Notes: generated by a model from the sequence alone, not told the origin. A stretch of DNA of 64,000 nucleotides from an uncultured Chloroflexia bacterium (GCA_963749705.1 CAVVNQ010000006.1:1-64000); one strand, 5' to 3'; counted from the first letter of the stretch, positions 30,557-40,759 are shown. Numbers and translations are program-made.

Positions 30557-32069
30557 GTGAGGACCACGGCGGCGTCCCGTTTGACCCGCGCGATCGGGGC
30601 GTTGGCCGGGTTCCTGCTGGTCGCGGGCACACCGGCGATCGTGGCGGCCCACGGCCTGTCGCCCGTCTACGAAAGCCCGCTGCCGCTTGCCGTCTACCTG
30701 GCGGGCGCCGCAACCACGGTCGCGCTCTCGTTCGTGTTCGTCCTCGCGCGCGACATGCGCGCAGGCCCTGCCGCCCGAGACCCGGATCGTCGGTGTCCCG
30801 GTCATCGTCAGGATCGTGCTGCGCGGCATCGGCCTGATCGCCTGGGTGTGGATCATGGTCCAGGGCATCGCGGGCGGTTCGTCTGACGCCGCGGTCGCGA
30901 CCCTGTTCCTGTGGGTCTACGGCTGGGTCGGCGTCGCCGCCCTGTCGGCCTTCGTCGGGCCTGTCTGGGAATGGCTTGATCCGTTCACGACGATCCACGA
31001 CATCCTGGCCTGGATCCTCCGGCGAGGCGGCGTGCACGGCTGGGTGCCGGGCGAGCTCCCGACCTGGGTCGGCGTGTGGCCGGCGGTCGCCGGGCTGACC
31101 TTCTTCGTCTGGCTCGAGCTGGTGGCGATCGCGGGCAACGCGACGCTGACCGTGGTCGTGGCCGGATACACGCTGGTCACGCTCGCGATGATGGCCCAGT
31201 TCGGCCGCGACCAGTGGCGTGCGCGGGGTGAGACGTTCTCGGTCTGGTTCCGCACGCTCAACCGCCTCGCGCCGGCCGGGATCGTCCTGGCCACGGAGAC
31301 CGCCGTCGACGAAGCGGACGACGAGATCGATCCCGATGCCGTGGATGACGGCGTGGTCGTCCGGCGCCCGTTCGCGAGCGCGCTGCTGACTGCGCCATGG
31401 TCCGCGTCACGGATCACGCTGGTCGCCGTCGCAACCGGGTCGATCCTGTTCGACGGGCTGTCGCAGACGGTCGCGTTCGCGTCGGTGTTCGGAGCTCCGG
31501 CGACGGTCCCCAAGACGCTGATCCTGCTCGCGTTCCTGGGGATCATCGTGATCGCGGCGCTCACCGTGTCCCGGACGGTGAGCCCTGGGGCGATCGGCGC
31601 CGGGCTCCTGCCGATCGCCGTCGGCTACCTCGTCGCCCACTACCTGACGTACCTGTTCATCGATGGGCAGCGGATCGTGATCGCGATCTCGGACCCGCTG
31701 CAGCGTGGCGACGACCTGTTCGGGACCGCGTTCTACCAGGTCAACACGACCGTGCTCCCGGCCGGCCTCGTCTGGACGGTGCAGCTGGCCGCGGTGGTCG
31801 GTGGACACATGCTGGGTGCGTGGTCCGGGCACGTGACGGCGGCCCGCGACGTCGAGGCCCAGGCGAACGCCCGCGAGCCGCGTGACATGCGCCACCGGAA
31901 GGTGCCCGGGCTCCGCTCGCTGCGCGACAGGAACATGCGCCTGCGCGAGATCCCGCTGGCGCTCGTCATGGTGGCGTTGACGACGCTCACGCTGTGGTCC
32001 CTCGGGCAGGCGATCGTCCAGGAGCAGGCGCCGTCGAGCGCGGTGCCGGCCACCACGCGTCCGCTGTAG
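30557..32069 (+). CDS. Polytopic membrane protein (frameshift ~30765)
   Basis: AHGLSPVYESPLPLAVYLAGA, then many TM segments with LLPIAVGYLVAHYLT and VVGGHMLG. It is co-oriented with copC. Confidence 0.7.
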
Positions 32070-32120
32070 GTCGCACGCCAGGTCACTCGCCAGGTCGCTC
32101 GCCGTTCGCGGCGCGTGCCG

Positions 32121-35100
32121 CTAGTCCGCCCGGTCGATCCCCGGCTTCGGTGGCACCCAATCCGTGATCGGCCGCACCATCGAGATCCCCGACGCCAGCG
32201 CGGGGTCGAGCGCCTCGGCGGCCGCGATCCCCGTCTCGATCGCGGTCAGACACAGGATGCCCTCGGCAATCGCGGTGTGCCGGATCTCCGCGGCGTCGCG
32301 GACGGCGCCGGACCGCGGCGTGGGGGTGTTGACGACGAGGCGGATCCGGGCGCCCGAGATCAGGTCGAGGATCCCGGCCTCGTCGCCCAGCGGGGTCACT
32401 CCGAGCTTGGCCACGGGCTCAGCGGCCAGTCCGGCCGCCTCGAGCGCGGCTCGGGTGCCTGCGGTTGCGGCCAGCCGGTAGCCCGCTCGGGTGAGCGCCG
32501 TCGCCAGGTCGAGGAGCCCCCACTTGTCGCGATCTGCGATCGACAGCAGGGCCAGCGGCGGCTCGCCGTCCCCCGGGCGAGGCGGGATGAGCGATGCCCC
32601 GGTCAGCGCCTTGGCCATCGCCACGCGCGGGTCCTCGGCGATGCCGATCACCTCGCCCGTCGACTGCATGAACGGTCCGACGGAGGGGTCCACGCCCTTG
32701 AGCTTCGCGGTCGAGAATGCCGGTGCCTTGACCGCGACGAACGCGGGCTCCGGGAGCAGCCCGTCCGGCCAGCCGAGGTCGATCAGCGTGGCACCCAGCG
32801 AGATCCGCACCGCGAGCTCGACCATCGGGACGCCGGTGACCTTGGACAGGAACGGCACCGTGCGGCTCGCGCGCGGATTGACCTCGATCAGGTAGACGCC
32901 ATCGTCCCGCACGATGAACTGGGCGTTGACCAGGCCGCGAGCCCCGAGGGCGAGGCAGATGCGTTCCATCGTGGCCACGATCAGCGCCTGGTCGCCCTCG
33001 GAGACGTGCTGCGGCGGGAACACCGCGATCGAGTCGCCCGAGTGGATCCCGGCGCGCTCCACGTGCTCCAGGAGGCCCGGGATCAGGACCCGCTCGCCAT
33101 CGCTCACCGCATCGATGTCGACCTCGATCCCCTCGAGGAAGCGGTCGATCCGCACCGGGCGATCCGGGTCGACGATCGCAGCCGCCGCAAGGTGGCGGAC
33201 CAGGTCCTCGGGCGAGTACGCGAAGTCGATGGCGAGGCCGCCGATGACGAAGCTCGGCCGCACGATCACCGGGTAGCCGATCCGCTCGGCGAGCGTCAGG
33301 GACTCCTCGACCAATTCGGCCATCCCTCCCTCCGGCTGCGGGATGCCCAGGCGGTCCAGCAGGGCGGCGAAGCGCGTGCGCTCCTCGGCCTGGTTGATCG
33401 CCTCCAGGTCCGAGCCGAGCAACGGGACGCCGGCGGCCACGAGCGGACCCGCGAGGTTGAGCGGCGTCTGGCCGCCGAAGGCGACGACCGCGGGGAGCGG
33501 GCGGCCGATGCCGGCAGCCTCACGGGGGCTCAGCCTGGCGACCGCCCGCCCCTGACCGGCACGGGTGCGGCCACCCCTGTCCGCGATGACCGTCGCCGCA
33601 TCGGCGGGATGCACGTCGGCACGGGTGCGGCCACCCCTGTCCGCGATGACCGTCGCCGCATCGGGTGGCGTTCCCGCGGTCCCGCCCGCGCCCCGGGCGA
33701 TGCGCGGACGCTCATCGCCAACGGGGGTGGTTGTGGCCGTGGCCGGACTGGCGGACGCCGCCGCGCTGGCAGACGCCGCCGCGCTGGCAGACGCCGCCGC
33801 GCTGGCAGACGCCGCCGCGCTGGCAGACGCCGCTCCGCCGGCCGTGGCCACGCCGGCCGCATCGGCGCCGGCTGCACTCCCCATCGCCACGGGCAGGCCA
33901 CCTTCGAACTCGAGGATGTCCTCGACGCTCTCGGCATCGAGCGGCTCGAAGTACAGCCGGGTGGAGGCGTCGAAGTCGGTGGACACGGTCTCGGGGTTGG
34001 AGTTGACCATGACGGCGCTCCAACCCTCGCGCCGGAGCACGTCAGCAGCCTGGACCGCGCAGTAGTCGAACTCGATCCCCTGCCCGATCCGCACGGGACC
34101 GCTGCCGATGACGAGTGCACCGGGCCGCGGCACCGGCGCTGCCTCCGGCGGCGATCCCGCCGCGGCATAGGTCGAGTAGAAGTACGGGGTCTCGGCGGCG
34201 AACTCGGCGGCACAGGTATCGACCATCGCGTAGCCGGGCGCGAGCCCGAGCGTTCGCCGGGCGGCGCGGACATCCGCTTCGCGGACCCCCGCGAGCCGTG
34301 CCAGGTCATGGTCCGCGAACGCCGCGCGCTTGGCGGTCGCCAGCAACGTCGCCGCCTCGGGGTCGGCGGCATCGGCGAACCGCGGGCCGATCGCCTCCAC
34401 ATCGTGCTCGAGCACGATGTTGCGTCCCATCTCGGCGAGAAACCAGGGCGAGATCCCGGTCGCCGCGCGGACCACCTCCTGCGGGACGCCCCGGCGCAGC
34501 AGCCCGAGCACCCGCCACAGTCGCGAGTCGGATGGCTCGAGGAACTGGCGGAGCACGATCGGCGCCGCGGACCGCTGCGCGAACCGGGTGCTCTCGCACG
34601 CCTCGCCACGCTCGTCGGTCCAGCGGATGACGGCATCTTCCTCGAGGCCGAGTGGATCGATGGTCACGGCGACGCTGGAGGCGCCCATGCCCGGGTCGCC
34701 ACCGGCGTAGACCGCGGACAGGTAGTCGAGGCTCGGCTGCCACGACGCATCCTCGCCGAGCGGCCCGGCACCCGCCTGCTCCAGGCCCCGAAGCGCCTTG
34801 TTGAGCGCGGCGCCGAACGTCCGGTCGATCGCCATGACCTCACCGGTCGCCTTCATCTGCGACCCGAGCCGCCGGTCGGCCGCCGGGAACTTGTCGAACG
34901 GGAAGCGCGGCAGCTTGACCACCACGTAGTCGAGCGCCGGCTCGAACGCCGCCACGGTCGTGCCGGTCACCACGTTGGGAATGTCGGCGAGCGTGCGCCC
35001 GGCCGCGATCTGCGCCGCGACCCGAGCGATCGGATAGCCCGTCGCCTTGGATGCGAGCGCGCTCGAGCGCGAGACCCGGGGGTTCACCTCGATCACCGCA

Positions 35101-36044
35101 TACTCGGTCGAATCGGGCGACAGCGCGAACTGGACGTTGCAGCCGCCCTCGACGCCCAGCGCCCGGATGATCGCGAGCGCCGCGCTGCGCAGCCGCTGGT
35201 GGACGGAGTCGGTCAGCGTCTGGATCGGGGCGACGACGATGGAGTCGCCGGTGTGGACGCCCAGCGGGTCGACGTTCTCCATCGAGCACACGGCGATGCA
35301 CGTGTCGTCGGCGTCGCGCATCACCTCGTACTCGACCTCCTGCCACCCGACCAGGCACTGCTCGACCATGACCTGGTGGATGGGGCTGGCCCTGAGCCCG
35401 GACCGCACCCGTTCGCGATAGGCAGCTTCGGTCCCGACGATCCCGCCGCCCGTGCCGCCCAGCGTGAACGCAGGGCGGATGATCGCCGGCAGCCCGATCT
35501 CGGCCAATGCCGCATCCGCCGACACGAGGCGGGCTGCCTCATCGGCTCCTTCCACGATCGCCGACGGCGCATACGGCTGGCCGATCCGGTCGAGCAGGTC
35601 ACGGAACGCCTCGCGGTCCTCGGCCATCCGGATCGCCTCGAGCGGCGTCCCCAGGAGGCGGACGCCGTGGCGCTCGAGCACGCCCGCCTCGGACAGCGCC
35701 ATCGCGAGGTTGAGGGCGGTCTGCCCCCCGAGGCCGGCCAGCAAGCCTTCCGGCCGCTCGCGGGCGATGACGGCCTCGATCGCGTCGACCGTCAGCGGCT
35801 CCAGGTAGACGACATCGGCGACCGTGGGGTCGGTCATGATCGTCGCCGGGTTGGAGTTGACGAGGATCGTGCGAACGCCCTCGGCGCGCAGCGCACGGCA
35901 CGCCTGCGTCCCGGCATAGTCGAACTCGGCCGCCTGGCCGATGACGACCGGTCCCGATCCCAGGATGAGGACGGATGCGGGCTTCAGCCGGCGCGCCGCC
36001 CGGGGGGCGCCGAACGGACGGGACGCGGGCTGCGGCGGGTTCAC
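32121..36044 (-). CDS. carB: Carbamoyl-phosphate synthase large subunit with in-frame insertions
   Basis: GSGPVVIGQAAEFDYAGTQA, ENVDPLGVHTGDS, IEVNPRVSRSS, GSGPVRIGQGIEFDYC, IEVNPRASRT and an MGS domain. The GTG start overlaps the carA stop. Confidence 0.95.
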   Translation of the reverse strand: MNPPQPASRPFGAPRAARRLKPASVLILGSGPVVIGQAAEFDYAGTQACRALRAEGVRTILVNSNPATIMTDPTVADVVYLEPLTVDAIEAVIARERPEGLLAGLGGQTALNLAMALSEAGVLERHGVRLLGTPLEAIRMAEDREAFRDLLDRIGQPYAPSAIVEGADEAARLVSADAALAEIGLPAIIRPAFTLGGTGGGIVGTEAAYRERVRSGLRASPIHQVMVEQCLVGWQEVEYEVMRDADDTCIAVCSMENVDPLGVHTGDSIVVAPIQTLTDSVHQRLRSAALAIIRALGVEGGCNVQFALSPDSTEYAVIEVNPRVSRSSALASKATGYPIARVAAQIAAGRTLADIPNVVTGTTVAAFEPALDYVVVKLPRFPFDKFPAADRRLGSQMKATGEVMAIDRTFGAALNKALRGLEQAGAGPLGEDASWQPSLDYLSAVYAGGDPGMGASSVAVTIDPLGLEEDAVIRWTDERGEACESTRFAQRSAAPIVLRQFLEPSDSRLWRVLGLLRRGVPQEVVRAATGISPWFLAEMGRNIVLEHDVEAIGPRFADAADPEAATLLATAKRAAFADHDLARLAGVREADVRAARRTLGLAPGYAMVDTCAAEFAAETPYFYSTYAAAGSPPEAAPVPRPGALVIGSGPVRIGQGIEFDYCAVQAADVLRREGWSAVMVNSNPETVSTDFDASTRLYFEPLDAESVEDILEFEGGLPVAMGSAAGADAAGVATAGGAASASAAASASAAASASAAASASAAASASPATATTTPVGDERPRIARGAGGTAGTPPDAATVIADRGGRTRADVHPADAATVIADRGGRTRAGQGRAVARLSPREAAGIGRPLPAVVAFGGQTPLNLAGPLVAAGVPLLGSDLEAINQAEERTRFAALLDRLGIPQPEGGMAELVEESLTLAERIGYPVIVRPSFVIGGLAIDFAYSPEDLVRHLAAAAIVDPDRPVRIDRFLEGIEVDIDAVSDGERVLIPGLLEHVERAGIHSGDSIAVFPPQHVSEGDQALIVATMERICLALGARGLVNAQFIVRDDGVYLIEVNPRASRTVPFLSKVTGVPMVELAVRISLGATLIDLGWPDGLLPEPAFVAVKAPAFSTAKLKGVDPSVGPFMQSTGEVIGIAEDPRVAMAKALTGASLIPPRPGDGEPPLALLSIADRDKWGLLDLATALTRAGYRLAATAGTRAALEAAGLAAEPVAKLGVTPLGDEAGILDLISGARIRLVVNTPTPRSGAVRDAAEIRHTAIAEGILCLTAIETGIAAAEALDPALASGISMVRPITDWVPPKPGIDRAD
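33558..33832. repeat. Repeat cluster inside carB: 2 direct copies (60-bp period) plus 1 inverted copy of a ~34-bp unit, then an 18-bp tandem x4
   Basis: ccacccctgtccgcgatgaccgtcgccgcatcgg at 33571 and 33631, an inverted degenerate copy at 33697-33730, and gctggcagacgccgccgc repeats at ~33750-33832. Confidence 0.85.
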
Positions 36045-37204
36045 GCGCCGCGCCCGCACGCCTCGACGAACCGGTCGAACACGGCCAGCGCGTCGAGCGG
36101 GCCGGGGGCGCCCTCGGGGTGGTACTGGACCGTCTCGATCGGCTTCTCGGCGTGGCGCAACCCCTCGACCGAACGGTCGTTGAGGTTGATCTGCGAAACG
36201 CGGAACCCCGAGCCCGCGGGCAGGGTGTCCCCGACCACCTGGACCTCGTGGTTCTGCGCGGTCACCTGCACGTACCCGGTGTCGAGGTCCTGCACCGGGT
36301 GGTTGGCGCCGTGGTGCCCGAATCGGAGCCGCCGGGTGTCCGCGCCGGCCGCCCTGCCCACGATCTGGTGCCCGAGGCAGATCCCCAGCAGCGGCCGCCC
36401 ATCGTCGATGATCGCCCGGGCGAGCGCGACGGGACCGGACAGACGCGCAGGATCACCCGGACCCGGCGACAGGACGATGCCAGCGATGTCGGGCGCGAGG
36501 ACGGTCGCGGGGTCGGCGGTGTGGGGCAGCACCCGGACCCGGACACCCCGCCGCCGCAGCGAGCGCACGATGTTCGCCTTGAGCCCGTAGTCGATGATCG
36601 CGACGAGCGGCGATGACGGATCGTCGCCCACCTCGCGCACGTCCGCCGGCGAGACCTGGGCGACGAAGTCCTGGTCCTCCCAGCGCGGCACCGCCCGGGC
36701 GAGCGCGACCGCCGCGGCCCGGTCGGAGACACCCGGCTCGGTGATGATCCCGCGCAGGCAGCCGTTGGCGCGCAGGTGACGCGCGAGGGCGCGGGTGTCC
36801 ACGCCCGCGATCGCCGGGATCGACGCCTCGCGGAGCAGCGTCGCCAGCTGGCGTGCGTCGTCGAGGACCGCGGCCGTGGCATGCGCGACCACGAGCCCCC
36901 GCAGCCACGGGCGCGCGGACTGGTCCTCGTCAAGCAGGCGCCCGTAGTTGCCGATCAGCGGATACGTCATCGCGACCACCTGGCCCGCGTAGGACGGGTC
37001 GGTGGCGATCTCCTGGTATCCGGTCTGCGACGTGTTCACGACGAGATCGCCACCCGAGGCAACCGGCGCGCCGAACGCGATGCCGGGGAACACGGCGCCG
37101 TCCTCGAGCGCGAGCAGCGCGGGCCCGGAGCTGCCGACCCGCGGGTCGGCGAGCGCGTCGGCACGCGGCAGCGGCGGATGGCCGACGGACGGTGGGGCGA
37201 TCAC
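36041..37204 (-). CDS. carA: Carbamoyl-phosphate synthase small subunit
   Basis: TGYQEIATDPSYAGQ, LSPGPGDP, GICLGHQ, FGHHGANHPV and QYHPEGAPGP. Confidence 0.95.
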   Translation of the reverse strand: MIAPPSVGHPPLPRADALADPRVGSSGPALLALEDGAVFPGIAFGAPVASGGDLVVNTSQTGYQEIATDPSYAGQVVAMTYPLIGNYGRLLDEDQSARPWLRGLVVAHATAAVLDDARQLATLLREASIPAIAGVDTRALARHLRANGCLRGIITEPGVSDRAAAVALARAVPRWEDQDFVAQVSPADVREVGDDPSSPLVAIIDYGLKANIVRSLRRRGVRVRVLPHTADPATVLAPDIAGIVLSPGPGDPARLSGPVALARAIIDDGRPLLGICLGHQIVGRAAGADTRRLRFGHHGANHPVQDLDTGYVQVTAQNHEVQVVGDTLPAGSGFRVSQINLNDRSVEGLRHAEKPIETVQYHPEGAPGPLDALAVFDRFVEACGRGA

Positions 37205-37254
37205 GGGATCCCGGCGGGCCGCGGCGAGCGAGCGCCGCAGGCGGGCATGCGCAC
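37201..37254 (-). CDS. Putative 17-aa leader uORF (MRMPACGARSPRPAGIP) coupled to carA
   Basis: A GAGGAGG SD lies ~10 nt before GTG 37254, and its TGA overlaps the carA GTG (GTGA). Confidence 0.4.
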   Translation of the reverse strand: MRMPACGARSPRPAGIP

Positions 37255-37271
37255 GAGTATCTGGCCTCCTC

Positions 37272-37313
37272 GCCGGCCTCTCTGGACCGGTACGCCGGCC
37301 TCACAGGACCGGC
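37272..37313 (-). promoter_or_regulatory. Tandem PyrR-binding RNA stem-loops in the carAB leader
   Basis: Minus strand GCCGGUCCUGUGAGGCCGGC and CCGGUCCAGAGAGGCCGG match the PyrR loop consensus RUCCNGNGAGGY. Confidence 0.8.
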
Positions 37314-37514
37314 CCTCAGGATGGCCCTGACGATAGCACGCTGGCGGGATCGTCATCGCGGGCCGGGGGCCGCGGACCGGGGGCCGCGAGCCGGGCCGCG
37401 AGCCGGGCCGCGTGGCTGCGGCTCCTGACACCGCGTGAGCGCCTCCCGCCGGGCATGCACGGATCCGCCAACGCGTATCGTGGGCTCGAGCACCGGGGAG
37501 AGCTGGGGCCGAAC

Positions 37515-40292
37515 TTGATCGAGGTACGCGTTCTCGGGCCGCTGGAGATCGTCGGACGGGAAGGGCCCATTGCGCTCGGCGCGCGCAAGCAGCGCCAGCT
37601 GCTGGCGGCGCTCCTGGTTCGACGCGGCGATGCCGTGTCGACCGACTGGCTGATCGATGCACTTTGGGGCGAGGAGCCTCCGGATTCGGCGAGCAAGCTG
37701 GTCCAGGTCTACGTCTCGGCGCTCCGCAAGCGATTGCCTGACTCGATCTCGATCCGGACGCAGCCCGCGGGCTACGCTCTCGAGTGCCCGCCGTCGAAGG
37801 TTGACGCGGACCGGTTCGAGCACCTCGTCGACGAAGCAGGGGCCGGCGCGGCGACCTCACACCCGGCCCGAATCGCCCTGCTGCTCTGGCGCGCACTCGA
37901 GCTGTGGCGCGGACCCGCCTACGGCGAGTTCGCTGACGAGCCGTTCGCGGTGGCCGAGGTCGCACGCCTGGACTCGGTCCGGCTGGCTGCGATCGAGACG
38001 CGAAACGAGATCGAGCTCGGGCTGGGTCGGCACATGGCCATGCTGCCCGAGCTCCAGGTGGTCGCGGACGAGAACCCGTTGCGCGAGCGGCTGCAGGCCC
38101 AGCTGATGCTCGCGCTGTATCGCGCCGGCCGTCAGGCGGATGCCCTCGAGCGTTACCTCGAAACCCGACGCCACCTTCGGGACGAGCTGGGCATTGACCC
38201 GGGCGAGGAGCTCGAGGTTCTGCAGCATCGGATCCTGCGTCATGATCCGGAGCTCAGCGTGGCGACGAGCCGGGACGAGGTGCCGGATGCCTTGCCCGTC
38301 CCCCCGACTCCCCTGATCGGACGGCGGCGGGAGCTGGCCGACCTCCACGAGCTGCTCCTCGACGACGGGATGCGGTTCGTCGTCCTTGCCGGTGCCGGCG
38401 GCTCGGGCAAGACACGGCTGGCGCTCGAGGTCGCACACGATGTGGCGCGCTCGTTCGCGAATGGGGCCGTGTTCGTGGACCTGGCGCCGGTCCACGATCC
38501 GGCACTGCTCGCGGAGACGCTGGCTCGGGCGCTGGGCGCGACCACGGCGACCGGCGACCCCCTGGAAGCGGCCGTGGAGTACCTCGCGCCACGTGAGATG
38601 CTGGTGCTGCTCGACAACGCAGAACAGCTGCGTGCCGCCGGACCGCTGCTCGCGCAGCTCCTGGCGCGGGCGCCACATCTCAAGATCCTGGTGACCAGCC
38701 GGGTGGTGCTCCACGTGCGCGGCGAGCACGTCTATCCGGTCGGGCCGTTGCCCGGGGACGACGCAGCGGCCCTGTTCCAGCAGCGCATGCGGGAGATCGA
38801 GCCACGCCTGGAGCTGACGGCCGAGGACCAGAACGCGATCCGGCACATCTGCCGGCGCCTGGACGGGCTGCCGCTCGCGATCGAGCTCGCGGCAAGCCGC
38901 GTGCGGGCGCTGTCACCGTCGGAGCTGGTCCGGCGGCTCGAGCCGCGGCTGCCGCTCCTGGTGGGCGGACCGCGTGATCTGCCCGCTCGCCAGCAGACCC
39001 TGCGCGCGACCATCGAATGGAGCCACGACCTGCTCGACCCGATGGCCCGGCAGGCACTGGCGCGACTGTCCGTGTTCGTCGGCGGCTTCACGCTTCAGGC
39101 CGCTGAGTCCATCGCCGGTGTCGAGCTCGACGCGCTCCAATCGCTGGTGGAGCACAGCCTGTTGCGACGCGCGGACCAGGTCGTCGGTCCGGGCCTCGAT
39201 CGGCAATTCATGACCCTCGAGACCATCCGGGAGTTCAGCGCCGAGCGGCTCGACGAGTCCGGGGAGCGCGAGTCGATCAGCCGACGGCACGCGGAGTTCT
39301 TCCTGGGCGTGGCGGAGTCAGCGGGGCTGCTTTGGGAGTCCGACCGACCCCAGCAGTACGACCTGGTCGCTGCCGAAATCGACAACCTGCGCGCGGCGAT
39401 CGACTGGGCGGCCGGCCGGGACGTCGAGCTGGCGCTGTCGATCGCGACTGCGCTGGAGGCATTCTGGGCGACCGTCAGCCCGTTCGAGGGCGCGCGCCTG
39501 CTCGAGTCCCTGATCAGCGGCGCCTCGGGCCTGCCCGGCGACCTGCGAGCCCGAGCGCTGCGAGTGTGGGGCGCAGGGCTGACACGCAGCGGCCACATCG
39601 AGGCTGGCACGGAGCGCTACGAGCAGAGCCTGCGCGAGTTCCGCGGGTTGGGAGATCAGCGGGGTGCAGGCGGCGTGCTCACGCGTCTGGCGGGCGCCGC
39701 GCTCGCGACGGGCAACCGGTCGGAGGCCCGCCGCCTCGCCCAGGAGGGCCTCGAGCTGCTGCATCGCTCGGGCTTTCCGAAGGGCGAGTCGGTCGGGCTC
39801 ACCATGCTTGGCGAGATCGAGTTCCTGGAGGGCGATCACGATGCCGGGCTGGCGACGATCCAGGCGAGCGTGGCCATGGCCGGCACAGCCGGCTTCGCCT
39901 GGTGGCAGGCACAGGCGCTGTTCCTGCTCGCCGAGTTGACGCACTCCGTCGGACGCCGTGCCGAGGCCATGGGTTGGTGCCGCGAGACGCTTCGGATCAG
40001 CCACCGGATCGGCGATTGGATCCTGAGCGTGTCCTGCATCGCGCTGATCACCTCGATCCAGGACGAGACGGGTGACGGGCTCCTGGCCGCCCGGCTGCGG
40101 GGTTTCGTCGAGCACGAGCTGGCGAGGCGACCGCCGATCACCGGGTGGTTGCCCGAGCGGCACGCGTTCGAGCCTGCGGTGAGCCGAGGCGATCCGCCGG
40201 CGATCCGCGCCGCGCGCGAGGAGGGTGCGCAGCTTTCCCTGTCCGCGGCGGTCGCGCTGATCCTCGGCGACGAGGCGGCGACAACGCCCTGA
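37515..40292 (+). CDS. AfsR/SARP-like regulator: wHTH-BTAD-NB-ARC-type ATPase-TPR
   Basis: VRVLGPLEI, LWRGPAYGEF, PLRERLQAQLMLALYRAGRQADAL, GAGGSGKTRLA and LDGLPLAIELAA. Confidence 0.9.
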   Translation: MIEVRVLGPLEIVGREGPIALGARKQRQLLAALLVRRGDAVSTDWLIDALWGEEPPDSASKLVQVYVSALRKRLPDSISIRTQPAGYALECPPSKVDADRFEHLVDEAGAGAATSHPARIALLLWRALELWRGPAYGEFADEPFAVAEVARLDSVRLAAIETRNEIELGLGRHMAMLPELQVVADENPLRERLQAQLMLALYRAGRQADALERYLETRRHLRDELGIDPGEELEVLQHRILRHDPELSVATSRDEVPDALPVPPTPLIGRRRELADLHELLLDDGMRFVVLAGAGGSGKTRLALEVAHDVARSFANGAVFVDLAPVHDPALLAETLARALGATTATGDPLEAAVEYLAPREMLVLLDNAEQLRAAGPLLAQLLARAPHLKILVTSRVVLHVRGEHVYPVGPLPGDDAAALFQQRMREIEPRLELTAEDQNAIRHICRRLDGLPLAIELAASRVRALSPSELVRRLEPRLPLLVGGPRDLPARQQTLRATIEWSHDLLDPMARQALARLSVFVGGFTLQAAESIAGVELDALQSLVEHSLLRRADQVVGPGLDRQFMTLETIREFSAERLDESGERESISRRHAEFFLGVAESAGLLWESDRPQQYDLVAAEIDNLRAAIDWAAGRDVELALSIATALEAFWATVSPFEGARLLESLISGASGLPGDLRARALRVWGAGLTRSGHIEAGTERYEQSLREFRGLGDQRGAGGVLTRLAGAALATGNRSEARRLAQEGLELLHRSGFPKGESVGLTMLGEIEFLEGDHDAGLATIQASVAMAGTAGFAWWQAQALFLLAELTHSVGRRAEAMGWCRETLRISHRIGDWILSVSCIALITSIQDETGDGLLAARLRGFVEHELARRPPITGWLPERHAFEPAVSRGDPPAIRAAREEGAQLSLSAAVALILGDEAATTP

Positions 40293-40569
40293 GATCACCA
40301 ATGACGACGTGACGTGCGACGACGTCCCTGAACACCGGCGCGGGTGTCAGGAACGACCCGGCAGCGGCGGCCAGCGGCTGCCATTGCCGGTTGCGATAGG
40401 CCTCCCAATCGTGCTCGCTCTCCCACACCTCGACGATCCGGTATCCCTCGTCGGTGGGACCGGCGACGTGCAGGAGCAGCCCCGGGGGGCGCATGGCGAT
40501 CCGTGCAGCCGCCGTCAGCTCGTAGTGCTCCCAGGTTGCACCGATGTCGTGGACGAACGCGTACACCAT
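40138..40569 (-). CDS. Small hypothetical protein (dimeric alpha-beta barrel-like)
   Basis: PPGLLLHVAGPTDEGYRIVEVWESE with a GGGAG RBS. Its 3' tail overlaps the BTAD gene. Confidence 0.55.
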   Translation of the reverse strand: MVYAFVHDIGATWEHYELTAAARIAMRPPGLLLHVAGPTDEGYRIVEVWESEHDWEAYRNRQWQPLAAAAGSFLTPAPVFRDVVARHVVIGDLRALSPPRRRGSARPPRTGKAAHPPRARRGSPADRLGSPQARTRAARATTR

Positions 40570-40759
40570 GCCCATCTCCCGTTGTCTCGGCCAGCACCGC
40601 CGAGCGGAGCGTCCGGGTTGCGGGTAAAGGGGAGGTATAGCGACGCGGGCAGGCGGAGCTGGTGGCACGAGCCGGCTATACCGACGCTAAACCCGCCTCC
40701 CGCAAGGTTCCGGCAGTGGTTCGTCCTGGTCGGACCGCAAGTCACACGGAGGCAGACGC

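Noticed and set aside
32115-36590. Very long antisense ORFs (1491 aa here; also 10161..12884, 16232..18742, 20446..23013)
   Set aside because: These are shadow frames opposite well-supported genes. They are R/G/P/A-rich and expected in very high GC DNA.
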